The notes under the pieces: model-generated
Told to the model about the DNA's origin: nothing
Seen by the model: the letters and a program-made list of their open reading frames with translations, nothing else
Database searches by the model: none
Made by a program: the position numbers and the translations under genes
From: Bdellovibrio sp.
GTDB taxonomy: Bacteria > Bdellovibrionota > Bdellovibrionia > Bdellovibrionales > Bdellovibrionaceae
Length of the DNA stretch: 64,000 nt
Reading direction: 5' to 3'
Assembly (NCBI GenBank): GCA_036677065.1
Contig: JAKFBS010000004.1
Coordinates: forward strand, 160,001 to 224,000
In this document: in pieces, positions 1-9,771 of the stretch
Layout of the letters: each line of letters opens with the position of its first letter
Position numbering within the stretch: position 1 is the stretch's first letter

Positions 1-2
1 AA

Positions 3-875
3 GTCGGAAATCTTAAAGGATTTGAGCTTTGGCCTTACACTGAATTTATCCAGCATCACGGAATCAAGCATGTCGATGAATCGCTTGAGGCTTTATATAT
101 ACTTACATCAAAGTTCACAGCTGAATTTGCGGTGCGTCCTTTTTTGGTCGAACACCCGAAAAAAACTTTCGCCCGTTTAAAAAAATGGGCTGGTGATGAG
201 AATGAACATGTGCGCCGCTGGGCCAGTGAAGGTACGCGGCCGCGTCTGCCATGGGGCATGAAACTGCATGCTTCAATTGTTGACCCTAAGCCTGGTTTAG
301 AAATCTTAGAAAAACTTAAATTCGACGATTCGTTATACGTCAGAAAAAGTATCGCGAATCATTTAAATGATATTACTAAAGATCATCCTGATCTTGTGAT
401 TGCAACGTTGAAGGCTTGGCAGAAAAAAGTGACAGCCAAAGATAAAGCCAAACTTGAATGGATTCAGAAACAAGCACTGCGCACGTTAATCAAAAAAGGT
501 TATAAGCCAGCTCTTGATGTCATGGGCTTTGGCGCTAAGGCCGAGATTAAGCTTGGCGAACTAAAATTGAATAAGAAAAAATTCAGTGAAAAAGATATTT
601 TAGTTTTTGAATTAGATTTGATTTCAAACAGCGCGAAGCCGCAGGTGTTAGCGATCGATTATATTATTCATTATCAAAAGGCGAACCAAAAAAGTTCAGC
701 CAAAGTATTTAAACTTAAAGTTTTTGAATTGAAGCCTAAAGAAGCTTTTACGTTAAAGAAAAATCATTCGTTAAAGCCGGTGACCACGCGTAAGCACTAT
801 GCTGGCTTACATCGCTTAGAGATTCAGGTGAACGGTAAAGTGCTGGCTGCGGCAGACTGGCAGCTGACTTTATAG
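3..875 (+). CDS. AlkC-family DNA alkylation repair protein (5' truncated by window edge)
   Basis: Frame open from base 3 (…LWPYTEFI…FTAEFAVRPF); motifs HVRRWASEGTRPRLPW, YVRKSIANHLNDITKDHP; C-terminal Ig-like TTRKHYAG segment. Confidence 0.85.
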   Translation, partial: VGNLKGFELWPYTEFIQHHGIKHVDESLEALYILTSKFTAEFAVRPFLVEHPKKTFARLKKWAGDENEHVRRWASEGTRPRLPWGMKLHASIVDPKPGLEILEKLKFDDSLYVRKSIANHLNDITKDHPDLVIATLKAWQKKVTAKDKAKLEWIQKQALRTLIKKGYKPALDVMGFGAKAEIKLGELKLNKKKFSEKDILVFELDLISNSAKPQVLAIDYIIHYQKANQKSSAKVFKLKVFELKPKEAFTLKKNHSLKPVTTRKHYAGLHRLEIQVNGKVLAAADWQLTL

Positions 876-1811
876 TTTAGACCATTCTTCGCGTAAGATT
901 TTCAGGTCATCGCCATTTTCAATCACATATAAAGTTTTGATGCCTTTATCCTGATGCTTATCAGATGAATAGTTCTGCACGAATTTAATTAAGTATTGGT
1001 TTTTTGTGTGAAAGATACTGGGTTTAGAAAAATCAATCGTGATCGTTGTGTAAATGCTTTTAAGTTTTTCTTTGTGTTTAAGCCATGATTTTTTGTTAAA
1101 GCTAGGCGCAGAAAAATCATCAGAATACATTTTGCTGTAATTTTCTAAATCTTGTTTTTGCCAGTGGTCTTTCCAAGTTTTTAACCAAGCTATTACTTTG
1201 TTTTTCTTAGCGGTGTGAACGTTACTGTCAACCCAGTCAGTTTTGGCATTAATAATAAGATGACTTTTATTTAATGAAATTAAATCTGATAATTTTTGAA
1301 TATTGTCATTTCGTAAAACAACACAACCTTTTGAACCACGGTTTAGCGGAACTTTATCCGGAACAGAATGTAGCCAAATGCCATCACCGGTTTTGTTTTC
1401 AAATTTATCAAAGACGTTCGGGTAATCGGTAGTAAATGCAAGGGATCCGTACTGATCAAACGGAATTTCTGGTTGAGTCATCTTTTTTTGTAAAAGATAG
1501 ATTCCTTCAGGCGTTTTTTTATCATTACGTTTGGTTTTTGGGCCGTCTTTTTTGCCGATATCGATTTCATAAGATAGGGGAGCTGTTAGAGATTCTTCAG
1601 ATTCAAAAAAGTATAACTTACGTTCGGTCTTATCAGCGATCATGATCGATGACTTGATTTCTGGATCATCAGAGATCTGCAGAATTTCATTTGGAAGTTT
1701 AATGGTTTGTGAAGTTATAGCCTCTTGGGCAAAGGTGACAGTTGGCCTTACTTGAAGAAGTAAAACAAAGATCAGAGCGTTTAAAATTGGCGAAAAACTG
1801 CACATTTTCAT
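870..1811 (-). CDS. L,D-transpeptidase (YkuD) family protein with C-terminal NTF2-like domain (Csd6-like)
   Basis: DKKTPEGIY, GIWLHS…SKGCVV catalytic His/Cys motif; C-terminal W..W...D...YS.MYS.DF…ILREEW; start uncertain. Confidence 0.85.
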   Translation of the reverse strand: MKMCSFSPILNALIFVLLLQVRPTVTFAQEAITSQTIKLPNEILQISDDPEIKSSIMIADKTERKLYFFESEESLTAPLSYEIDIGKKDGPKTKRNDKKTPEGIYLLQKKMTQPEIPFDQYGSLAFTTDYPNVFDKFENKTGDGIWLHSVPDKVPLNRGSKGCVVLRNDNIQKLSDLISLNKSHLIINAKTDWVDSNVHTAKKNKVIAWLKTWKDHWQKQDLENYSKMYSDDFSAPSFNKKSWLKHKEKLKSIYTTITIDFSKPSIFHTKNQYLIKFVQNYSSDKHQDKGIKTLYVIENGDDLKILREEWSKL

Positions 1812-1915
1812 TCGTAAAATTATTATCGTCCTAATCTGATACATCTGACAACTCATGGGGTGTGGTATTAAGACTTAGGATAACATTTTTTTAACAATTT
1901 TCAAATCTTTGGTCT

Positions 1916-1942
1916 TAAGACCTAGGTTTAGCTCTCCGATAT
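1916..1942 (+). promoter_or_regulatory. sigma28 (FliA)-like promoter of fliL
   Basis: TAAG-N15-TCCGATAT; CCGATA is 8 nt before the ATG. Confidence 0.6.
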
Positions 1943-1949
1943 AGTCACT

Positions 1950-2426
1950 ATGAAACAGAAGCTGCAACTTATTCTAAATAGTCTTTTAGTTATATTGAAC
2001 ATGTGTGGATTAGGAACAGGTGCCTATTGGGTTTATGCATCAACCTTAGGTTACGAATCACCATATATCGTTGAAGAGACTTTAAGAAAGCCTGCAAGCT
2101 TGCCAGAGATGGTTGAAAAGGGCATGAACGTCTACACGATGGATAAATTCTTAGTGAACTTATCAGGCCAGCCGCAACGCCAAATTTTATTACAAGTTAA
2201 TCTGGATATGTTAAATGCGCAGTCTTTTACAGAAATTATGGATTCAGATAAAACAGCTCGCGCGCGTGATAGTATTATTCGCTTATTAAATGATAAATCG
2301 TATTCAGATATTGAAACAATTCAGGGTAAATTATTTTTAAAGGATAGGATCGTTGAAGAGGTAAACAAAGTCCTACGAGTAGGACTTGTTAAAGACGTTT
2401 ACTTTACGGACTTTGTGGTAAGATAA
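1950..2426 (+). CDS. fliL: Flagellar basal body-associated protein FliL
   Basis: N-terminal TM, FLVNL, RDSIIRLL…GKLFLKDRI…VKDVYFTDFVV. Confidence 0.85.
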   Translation: MKQKLQLILNSLLVILNMCGLGTGAYWVYASTLGYESPYIVEETLRKPASLPEMVEKGMNVYTMDKFLVNLSGQPQRQILLQVNLDMLNAQSFTEIMDSDKTARARDSIIRLLNDKSYSDIETIQGKLFLKDRIVEEVNKVLRVGLVKDVYFTDFVVR

Positions 2427-3018
2427 ATTTCACAGCTTTGTTGTTAACAATTTCATAAACATCGCCAGGGCCCAGGTAGGTTTCAATTTGAATTCCTACT
2501 TTTTTCTTTTCTTTAAGCTTCTCTGCGTGTTCGCCAATGGCTTTTAAAACATAAATCGCTACACCAGTCTCTTTTACAGGAGTGGTTCCGGAAGCCGTTT
2601 TCTCTGTTGCTGTTACAGTCACAGTATCTTTAAGGTTCGACCACTGTGAAAGTTTTAATACAGTCCATTTTTTTTCATTTTGTAAAATAGCGACTGCATA
2701 CTGATTTTTTGTGTCTGTACCCATTAACACGATGTCTTTTTTGCCATTACCGTCTAGATCATCGATAAAAGCCATTGGAACCTGGTTATCACCAAGATCT
2801 TTAAATAACTCGAGAACCGATTTAATGTAAGCATTGCGATTAAAAGGAATAAATTCTGGATTCCACTGCATCAAAGCCTTGAGCGCAACATTTGGCAATT
2901 TGATTTCAACGTCATCATTTTTGGTAGTGATCTCTAAAGAATTAGTTTCAGACTTTACGACCGGCAAGGCATTAGCGAGCGAAGCGAATAAAAGGCAAGA
3001 TATGATAATTTTGATCAT
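2404..3018 (-). CDS. Secreted hypothetical protein, hydrolase partner (copy 2)
   Basis: Signal peptide; DLDGNGKKDIV calcium-blade/FG-GAP-like motif; paralog of 3557-4162. Confidence 0.75.
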   Translation of the reverse strand: MIKIIISCLLFASLANALPVVKSETNSLEITTKNDDVEIKLPNVALKALMQWNPEFIPFNRNAYIKSVLELFKDLGDNQVPMAFIDDLDGNGKKDIVLMGTDTKNQYAVAILQNEKKWTVLKLSQWSNLKDTVTVTATEKTASGTTPVKETGVAIYVLKAIGEHAEKLKEKKKVGIQIETYLGPGDVYEIVNNKAVKFILPQSP

Positions 3019-3560
3019 CGTGCTGATCCTCCGCCAGAAGATTTTTTTTGTTGTTGTGTGCCTGTGTTAGCTGCTGCACCTAAGTGTCTTGGACAAGTAT
3101 CACCGCGAGATACAGAAAAAACATGATTTCCGGCTCGGCCACATGAAGTCACGCGGCGCGACCAACCTGGAGTAACTTTGCGTGGATTATAAAAATAAAG
3201 AAGCCCATTAGCGCCTTCATCAATAGCTGTGTCGGCAGCGGCTTTACAGTCTTGAAGAGCCTGTATATCTTTGGGCTCTTTGGCGTTAATGTTGTTGCTG
3301 TAACTATCAGCTGTCCAACTAAATTGCGAAGGTTGGTAAACAACTCCGCAGACGGTATCGGGAAATTCATCAGATTGAGCTCGTGATAAAACTGTTTTTG
3401 CAACCGCGATCATGCCTACTTTGGGCTCGCCTCTAGTTTCGTGATAACAGTTGCAAACTAAGCAGTTATAAGACGATGAATTTGGCTTGCACGACATTGT
3501 TTCTGCAAATGCAGTTTGCGTTGCAAGCGATAAAAATAACGTGATTAGTATTTTATTCAT
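3015..3560 (-). CDS. SleB/Hydrolase_2 family cell wall hydrolase (copy 2)
   Basis: Signal peptide; YHETRGE, VCGVVYQPSQFSW, LYFYNP, GNHVF. Confidence 0.88.
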   Translation of the reverse strand: MNKILITLFLSLATQTAFAETMSCKPNSSSYNCLVCNCYHETRGEPKVGMIAVAKTVLSRAQSDEFPDTVCGVVYQPSQFSWTADSYSNNINAKEPKDIQALQDCKAAADTAIDEGANGLLYFYNPRKVTPGWSRRVTSCGRAGNHVFSVSRGDTCPRHLGAAANTGTQQQKKSSGGGSAR

Positions 3561-4162
3561 AAAGTAAACCTAATAGCTTTATTATTATTGTTAATTTCAA
3601 AAACTTCGGCAGAACCCATGAAGTTTTCAATTTGAATACCGGCTTTTTTCTTTTCTTTAAGTTTTTCAGCATGTTCACCGATGGCTTTTAAAACATAAAA
3701 AGGAATTCCGGTTTCTGTTTGCGCAGTTCCTGAAACTGCGGCAAGCCCTGTTGGAACAATTGATTCTTTAATGTTTGCAATTGACCACTCAGAAACTTTG
3801 ATCAATGTCCATTTTTGGTCTTTTTGCAAAATCGCCACGACATATTGTTTTTTTAGATCGTTGCCAAGTAAAACGATGTCTTTTTTATCGTTACCATCTA
3901 AATCATCGATAAATGCCATAGGAACTTGGTTATCGCCAAGATCTTTAAATAATTCTAAGACTGATTTGCTGTAATCAGTCTTGTTGAATAATTTAAAATT
4001 CGGATTCCATTTTTCTAGCGCAAGCAGTGCAACTGTTGGTAATTGTACTTCGACATCATTATCTTTAGTTTTAATTTCTAAAGTATTTGTCTCAGATTTT
4101 ACAATTGTAGCTGCTTGCGAGAGAGCTGTTAATAATAAACAAAAAGTAAAAAGTTTAATCAT
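3557..4162 (-). CDS. Secreted hypothetical protein, hydrolase partner (copy 1)
   Basis: Signal peptide; DLDGNDKKDIV; shares KSVLELFKDLGDNQVPMAFIDDLDGN and YVLKAIGEHAEKLKEKKK with 2404-3018. Confidence 0.75.
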   Translation of the reverse strand: MIKLFTFCLLLTALSQAATIVKSETNTLEIKTKDNDVEVQLPTVALLALEKWNPNFKLFNKTDYSKSVLELFKDLGDNQVPMAFIDDLDGNDKKDIVLLGNDLKKQYVVAILQKDQKWTLIKVSEWSIANIKESIVPTGLAAVSGTAQTETGIPFYVLKAIGEHAEKLKEKKKAGIQIENFMGSAEVFEINNNNKAIRFTL

Positions 4163-4710
4163 CGAGTTCCTCCTTCAGATGAGCGTGGAGTTTCGGTTGG
4201 CTGGTTGCTACGACGTGTAGGACTGCTGCCCAGATTTTTAGGGCAAGTTTCGCCACGTGGTACTAAAAAAACATGGTGGCCGAGTTTGCCGCACGAAGTA
4301 ACACGTCTTGCCCAAGCGGGTGAAGCGACACGTGGGTTATAAAAATAAATAAGACCATTAGCGCCTTCGTCAATCGCCGTATCTGCGGCGTCTCTGCAGG
4401 CTTGAAGGCTTCGTCTGTCGATAGAATTTCTAGTTGAAATGCGGTTGCTGTAGCGATCGCGTGTCCAGCTGAATTGCCAAGGTTGGTAGACGACTTTACA
4501 CACAGTATTAGGATAGGATCTTGATTGGGCGCGCGAAAGAACTGTTTTAGCTACAGCGATTTTGCCTTCTTGAGGTTCGCCGCGTGATTCGTGATAACAG
4601 TTACAAACTAAGCAGTCATAAGAAGACTGGCGGGCATTACACGACATCGTTTCAGCTTGCGCGCTTAGACCGAACAAACTGAAAAGCAGAACAAATAATG
4701 TCTTTTGCAT
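4159..4710 (-). CDS. SleB/Hydrolase_2 family cell wall hydrolase (copy 1)
   Basis: Signal peptide from MQKTL; YHESRGE, VCKVVYQPWQFSW, YFYNP, GHHVF. Confidence 0.88.
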   Translation of the reverse strand: MQKTLFVLLFSLFGLSAQAETMSCNARQSSYDCLVCNCYHESRGEPQEGKIAVAKTVLSRAQSRSYPNTVCKVVYQPWQFSWTRDRYSNRISTRNSIDRRSLQACRDAADTAIDEGANGLIYFYNPRVASPAWARRVTSCGKLGHHVFLVPRGETCPKNLGSSPTRRSNQPTETPRSSEGGTR

Positions 4711-4714
4711 CTTG

Positions 4715-5461
4715 CTAGCCGTTTTTCTTTTGGTACATCTTGATACCAACATAAGCTAAAATGACCAATAAAAGTAAGCCGCCACCTAAGACCATATCAT
4801 TTTGTAATAAGCCTTTTTTCTCTTCGCCACCAGTGCCATCATCGTCAGCGGCTAATAGATCACCTGGCATGGCTTGGCCGATACCCGCACCTAAAACTTC
4901 ATTAGAACCACGAAGTGGTCCAAGACCCGGTTGCGATAATAAATCTTTAGTCGCGATAACGCGTAATGAGCGCACTGTATCCATAAAGTGAGCTCTGTGT
5001 TTTGCATAATACTTATTATGAACCGAAAATGTAATTAAGATCGCAATTTGATCCTTAATCGTCGCTAAATACCGAGTGAAATAATTTTGCACTTCAGAAT
5101 TTGCATGCAGACCATCTAACCATTTTTGATCATTAATCATTTCTTCACGGGGCGGCATGGTCACTGTCGACTGGGCAGTTCCGCCAGTGCGTAGGTTTAA
5201 CATCATTGGTTTAGTCATGTGATCCATATAAATAGGAAAGTTATCTGTCGGGCCTTTTTCTTTAGCCGTTAAGATAATGACGGCTTCTTTAGATTCTTGC
5301 GGATCTTCGGCGCGGCACACCCATTCGGTTTGCTCTAATTTACATTTCCATGTGTCTAACATTTCAAAAGAGATATAAGCATTTTTAAAAGTTCTGGCTT
5401 CAGACATTGAACCGATCAGAAAAAAAACTAACGGTAGGAGTCTAAAAGTATATGATCTCAT
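4715..5461 (-). CDS. Hypothetical exported protein with C-terminal membrane anchor
   Basis: Signal peptide, C-terminal TM plus basic tail; GAGG RBS before MRSY. Confidence 0.7.
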   Translation of the reverse strand: MRSYTFRLLPLVFFLIGSMSEARTFKNAYISFEMLDTWKCKLEQTEWVCRAEDPQESKEAVIILTAKEKGPTDNFPIYMDHMTKPMMLNLRTGGTAQSTVTMPPREEMINDQKWLDGLHANSEVQNYFTRYLATIKDQIAILITFSVHNKYYAKHRAHFMDTVRSLRVIATKDLLSQPGLGPLRGSNEVLGAGIGQAMPGDLLAADDDGTGGEEKKGLLQNDMVLGGGLLLLVILAYVGIKMYQKKNG

Positions 5462-5564
5462 GTTGCCTCGCTTGTTGGATTCCATCTACAATAGTTGATG
5501 AGTTAATATTGTAACTAACTTTTGGTTAGCTATCAAATCGGTTCGGCATCGAACGGGGTAATTT

Positions 5565-6461
5565 ATGTTAAATCTTTCGCAACTCCAGACCTTTGTCATG
5601 GTCGTATCTGAAGGCAGCATGACAGCTGCCGCAGACAAACTGTTTTTGACCCAGCCTGCAGTAAGTCAGCAGATGAAAAATCTAGAAGACGAACTTGGGG
5701 TTGAGCTAGTTGTGCGTGGATCAAAATCGATCAAAACTACGGCGCAAGGCGAAGTGCTTTATGAGCACGCTAAAAAAATCTTAAACTTGGTGCAAGCGGC
5801 CGAAATTTCGATCAAATCTGTTGGAGCGCAATTGCGTGGTCAATTACGCATCGGAACTCTAAATACGATTGGTCTGCATTTAATGAGCCCAGTGGTGAGC
5901 CGGCTACTAAAATTTAATCCTGATTTTAAAATCAAAGTGGATTACGCCAAAGGCGAAGATTTAATCGCAGCCTATGAAAAAGGTGATTTAGATGTCGTAG
6001 TACTTCCTGAAATGGAAAAAAACTACGGTAAAAAATTTAAAGACACAGCTTCACATGTTTTATTAAAAGAAGAGATGTGGTTAGTGGGTTCTGGTAAAGA
6101 TGAATTTTACCCACCCACAGTAAGTATGAAAGACATTGCAAAAATTCCGTATGTGCATTTTGCCAATGAATTTCCACACTTTGATAAGATGTTAGCCGAA
6201 AAAATAGGAACAGTGCCTGCAGTATTTGAATCATCAAACGTGGGGACGTTAAAACGTGTCATCGAAAACGGATTGGGAATAGGGTTTTTGCCAGCCCATT
6301 CGGTTAAAAAACAAATCCGCGGTGGCCGTTTAAATAAAATTCAAACTTTAGATTTCGAATATAAAACTGAATTCATCTATTACCGTCGTGAAAAAGGACC
6401 TTCAGCAAAAACAGCGGAGATTCTATTTCAAGCTATGACTGGCGATGCGGAGCGCAGCTAG
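5565..6461 (+). CDS. LysR family transcriptional regulator
   Basis: SMTAAADKLFLTQPAVSQQMKNLEDELG HTH; substrate-binding domain. Confidence 0.95.
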   Translation: MLNLSQLQTFVMVVSEGSMTAAADKLFLTQPAVSQQMKNLEDELGVELVVRGSKSIKTTAQGEVLYEHAKKILNLVQAAEISIKSVGAQLRGQLRIGTLNTIGLHLMSPVVSRLLKFNPDFKIKVDYAKGEDLIAAYEKGDLDVVVLPEMEKNYGKKFKDTASHVLLKEEMWLVGSGKDEFYPPTVSMKDIAKIPYVHFANEFPHFDKMLAEKIGTVPAVFESSNVGTLKRVIENGLGIGFLPAHSVKKQIRGGRLNKIQTLDFEYKTEFIYYRREKGPSAKTAEILFQAMTGDAERS

Positions 6462-6877
6462 TGAAGAATCAGCTGATTTTTCCAATGGCATTTTACGCGT
6501 TTTATATATTCGGGATTGCAGTGTTTTTATTTCGCACACGTGTAAGAGCATTGAAAAACCGTGAAGTCTCAATGAAGTACTATAAGACGTATAATGATAC
6601 TCCGCCGCCAGAATATTCAAGAATTGCCGAACGTCATTACGAAAATCAATTCGAAGTGCCAATGTTATTTTTCGCCACGGGTGTCATGCAGTTTTCACTG
6701 GGCCTGGTAAATGAATTAACCATCGGCTTAATGTGGGCCTTCGTGATCAGCCGTTTATTACACAGCTACATTCATTTAGGCAGTAACAACATTAAATTGA
6801 GAATGCCATTCTTCACAGTAGGTTGGTTTGCGATTCTAGCGCTATGGGCGCAAATGGTTTACTTCGTCTGTCAGTAA
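6461..6877 (+). CDS. MAPEG family membrane protein
   Basis: NQFEVPMLFF, FVISRLLHSYIH; four TM segments. Confidence 0.85.
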   Translation: MKNQLIFPMAFYAFYIFGIAVFLFRTRVRALKNREVSMKYYKTYNDTPPPEYSRIAERHYENQFEVPMLFFATGVMQFSLGLVNELTIGLMWAFVISRLLHSYIHLGSNNIKLRMPFFTVGWFAILALWAQMVYFVCQ

Positions 6878-6949
6878 AAATACTGCGAAGGTGTCTTGAG
6901 CCGCAAGTTGACCGTTGGTACGGTGCTCCCCAAAAAGGTACGGCCTACC

Positions 6950-7792
6950 TTAGAATAACACTGAATCAGGTAGCCCCATGCGGGCTGCGATTAAGCGTAC
7001 AATTTCACTTGCGGTTTCTTCAAGTGCGCGTTCGGTGACGTTGAAGACTGGCCAGCGTTTATTTTGTTTAAATAAATTTTCGGCGTATTCGATTTCTTTT
7101 AAAATCTGTTGTGAAGAGGCGTAATCGCCACCTGTGTCTTGGCCGAATTTTTCTAATCTGTTTTTACGAATTCGTTGAAGTGAATCAATATCGATAATTA
7201 AGCCAACGACTTTACGCTGATCAATTTCAAAAAGCTGTTTCGGAACCGGTGAGCCGGGAACCAACGGAATGTTTGCTACTTTCCAGCCTTTGTGGCTTAG
7301 AAAAATAGATAACGGTGTTTTGCTTGTTCTGCTAATACCGACAAGCACAATGTCGGCTTTATCTAACTCGGTAGAAATTTTACCGTCGTCATTTCTAACG
7401 GTGTATTCAATCGCTTCGATGCGTTTGTAATAATGATCGTTGGTTTGACGTAATAATCCTGTTTGGCTGGCTGAAGCCACCCCGAAAAAATCATCTAGTG
7501 TTACGATCAGCGGACCCAGTAAATCAACTGCGGGAATTGATTTTTCTATGCACGTTTCTGCAATTTTTTTTCTGATTAAAGGAGAAGCGAAAGTGTAAGC
7601 GATCATGCCGCGTTTTTCGAAACAATCATCGATCACGCGTAAAATTTGTTCTTCGGTACGCAGGTTTTTACAGCGGATAATATTAATTTCTTGTTCGGCG
7701 TACTGAACAAGTGCTGCGCGCACCATTGTTGCGGCTGTTTCGCCGGTACCATCAGATAAAATAAAAATCGTGTGAATGTTAGTTGTAGTCAT
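6950..7792 (-). CDS. ppsR: PEP synthase/PPDK regulatory protein (kinase/pyrophosphorylase, DUF299)
   Basis: LSDGTGETA, GISRTSKTPLS, ANIPLVP, ALEETA. Confidence 0.92.
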   Translation of the reverse strand: MTTTNIHTIFILSDGTGETAATMVRAALVQYAEQEINIIRCKNLRTEEQILRVIDDCFEKRGMIAYTFASPLIRKKIAETCIEKSIPAVDLLGPLIVTLDDFFGVASASQTGLLRQTNDHYYKRIEAIEYTVRNDDGKISTELDKADIVLVGISRTSKTPLSIFLSHKGWKVANIPLVPGSPVPKQLFEIDQRKVVGLIIDIDSLQRIRKNRLEKFGQDTGGDYASSQQILKEIEYAENLFKQNKRWPVFNVTERALEETASEIVRLIAARMGLPDSVLF

Positions 7793-8279
7793 GCACTATT
7801 AAGGCTTGTCTCAAACTTTCGCAACGTAGTTGTAACCACGGTTCTGCTTGTTTTGTCATAAGCACAATATAGCGATTTTCTTCGACTCTGATCAATAAAC
7901 AAACCATCTTCGCCGCATCGGGAAGATGATTAAATCCGATTTTACGTAAAAATAACGAGGCGCGTGTTTTTAAAATATTAAACAAAGGTGCCTTCGGAAG
8001 TTTAAAATGAATTTTTGGTAATTTTTTATCGATGTTCTGGCCGTAGAAAAACATTTTCTGAATGTCGTTACCTTCGATTAATAAACCCATTTCAAAAAAT
8101 GCAGTTAAACGTGAAAAGAAAATTTCCCATTGTTTTTCGCCTGCGCAAAATTGAATTTGTTCCAACAGTTGTTGGTTCGGTTCAATTTGAAAATCCGTTG
8201 TGTGGGGAAAGTTAATCGCATCAAAATGCTCTTCGTGATCTAGAAATTTTTCGATTTTTGAAATGAAACTATTGGCCAT
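7779..8279 (-). CDS. Hypothetical protein
   Basis: 166-aa ORF in the nrdR-nusB run, overlapping the ppsR start. Confidence 0.6.
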   Translation of the reverse strand: MANSFISKIEKFLDHEEHFDAINFPHTTDFQIEPNQQLLEQIQFCAGEKQWEIFFSRLTAFFEMGLLIEGNDIQKMFFYGQNIDKKLPKIHFKLPKAPLFNILKTRASLFLRKIGFNHLPDAAKMVCLLIRVEENRYIVLMTKQAEPWLQLRCESLRQALIVHDYN

Positions 8280-8301
8280 GATTCATCTTGAATGAATAAG
8301 T

Positions 8302-8718
8302 TTAATTTGTTGAGCTACTTACTAGGTCGCAATGCTCTAATCTGGCTTTAAGGCTAGCTGAGGGTTCGAATGGCGCAAAACAACGTAAGTTTTTGATCTG
8401 CAGTTGTTCTACGATTTGTTCTAAATCTTGGCTTTTGAATTCTTTGGGATCATGAATTAAAAATAGCCAGTCAGCATCGAAATGATTTTTACAACCAATC
8501 AATGTCCATGGTTTTTTAGTTTTTTCTACAGGATTGGGCCAACCGATTTCAGTCATTAAATGCGTAAGCTCGGTTGGTTTTGCGGTTTTTCTGTGGCGGT
8601 GAATTTCTGATAATAAAAATCCAGAATTAAAATTTAATTTCCGCCACCACGCAGAGTTAAGGTCCTCGTGAAGGACCCAAAGTTTACAAGCTGTCGCTGA
8701 AAGATTAGCTTCTTTCAT
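8302..8718 (-). CDS. Hypothetical protein
   Basis: 138-aa ORF overlapping the nusB stop. Confidence 0.6.
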   Translation of the reverse strand: MKEANLSATACKLWVLHEDLNSAWWRKLNFNSGFLLSEIHRHRKTAKPTELTHLMTEIGWPNPVEKTKKPWTLIGCKNHFDADWLFLIHDPKEFKSQDLEQIVEQLQIKNLRCFAPFEPSASLKARLEHCDLVSSSTN

Positions 8719-9106
8719 TTCTGATCACCTGATCAACGATACCATTCACAAACGAAGCCGCATCTTGGGTTCCGTAAGTTTTTGCGATTTCGATAGCCTC
8801 GTTCATCGCAATTTTTGGTTCAATTAAATCAGCAGTGTAAAAGATTTCGCAAACAGCAATACGAATAATATTACGGTCAACAGAAGCCATACGATCAACT
8901 TTCCAGTGGCGCGAAGCTTCTTGGATTTTTGCGTCGATTTTTTCTTTGTTGGCTTGAACGGCTTTTACGATGTCGTAAGTGTATTTAAGAACGGCTTCAT
9001 CAAAATTTTTATCGAAGACCGTAGCTAAATCAGAAAGAGACATCTGTGGGGCGAATTCAGTTTGGAATAGGATCTGGAGTGCGAGTTCCCTTGATTGTCT
9101 TCTCAT
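8705..9106 (-). CDS. nusB: Transcription antitermination factor NusB
   Basis: RRQSRELALQILF, DRNIIR, NEAIEIAKTYG…FVNGIVD. Confidence 0.95.
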   Translation of the reverse strand: MRRQSRELALQILFQTEFAPQMSLSDLATVFDKNFDEAVLKYTYDIVKAVQANKEKIDAKIQEASRHWKVDRMASVDRNIIRIAVCEIFYTADLIEPKIAMNEAIEIAKTYGTQDAASFVNGIVDQVIRNERS

Positions 9107-9632
9107 CAGTAGCTTCTTTCGGTTTTTGTGTAGGTTGTAATTGAGTTGTTAAACTTAATTGCGGACCGCTTGTATCAATCATATCTATGAGTTCATCGCC
9201 TTCAAGTTTTTCTACGAAATCCTGGACGTCTTTGAAGGTCTTGTAAACACTGGCGAATCTAACATAAGCCACGTCATCGAGTTGTTTTAATTCAGCCATC
9301 ACACGGCGACCAATCACGCGCGCAGAAATTTCGCCTTCACCGCGGGTAATTACCCACGAGGCGATTCTTTCAACAATGGCATCAAGTGATGCGGTTGAAA
9401 CAGGTCGTTTGTTGCAGGCGTAAGATAGACCACGCAATAATTTTTCTTTGTTGAAAGGCTCGCGGCGTCCATCTTTTTTGATCACAAACGGGTAGCTAAG
9501 GATGACGGTTTCTAAAGTTGAGTATCTAGATTTACACGATAAACATTCACGGCGACGGCGAATGCCATCGTCTTTCTGAACTCGTGTATCTAAAACTTTG
9601 TCTTCGGAATGTCCGCAAAAAGGGCATTTCAT
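9057..9632 (-). CDS. nrdR: Transcriptional repressor NrdR
   Basis: MKCPFC…IRRRRECLSC zinc ribbon, ATP cone, VAYVRFASVY. Confidence 0.97.
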   Translation of the reverse strand: MKCPFCGHSEDKVLDTRVQKDDGIRRRRECLSCKSRYSTLETVILSYPFVIKKDGRREPFNKEKLLRGLSYACNKRPVSTASLDAIVERIASWVITRGEGEISARVIGRRVMAELKQLDDVAYVRFASVYKTFKDVQDFVEKLEGDELIDMIDTSGPQLSLTTQLQPTQKPKEATDEKTIKGTRTPDPIPN

Positions 9633-9771
9633 GGTAATAAGTCCTCAGCTGTTTGTAACCTAGGGGAGGCTTGTAGGCTGGTCAATAGGGCCGAAGAACT
9701 GGACCCAATTTCTGCAAGGCGTTACTGGTAAATAGTGGTCAAATTGTGAGCGTAAATTTATGCTCTAAGAT

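Noticed and set aside
6878..6949. Short structured segment between the MAPEG gene and ppsR
   Set aside because: Only short stems between convergent genes; no recognisable RNA family
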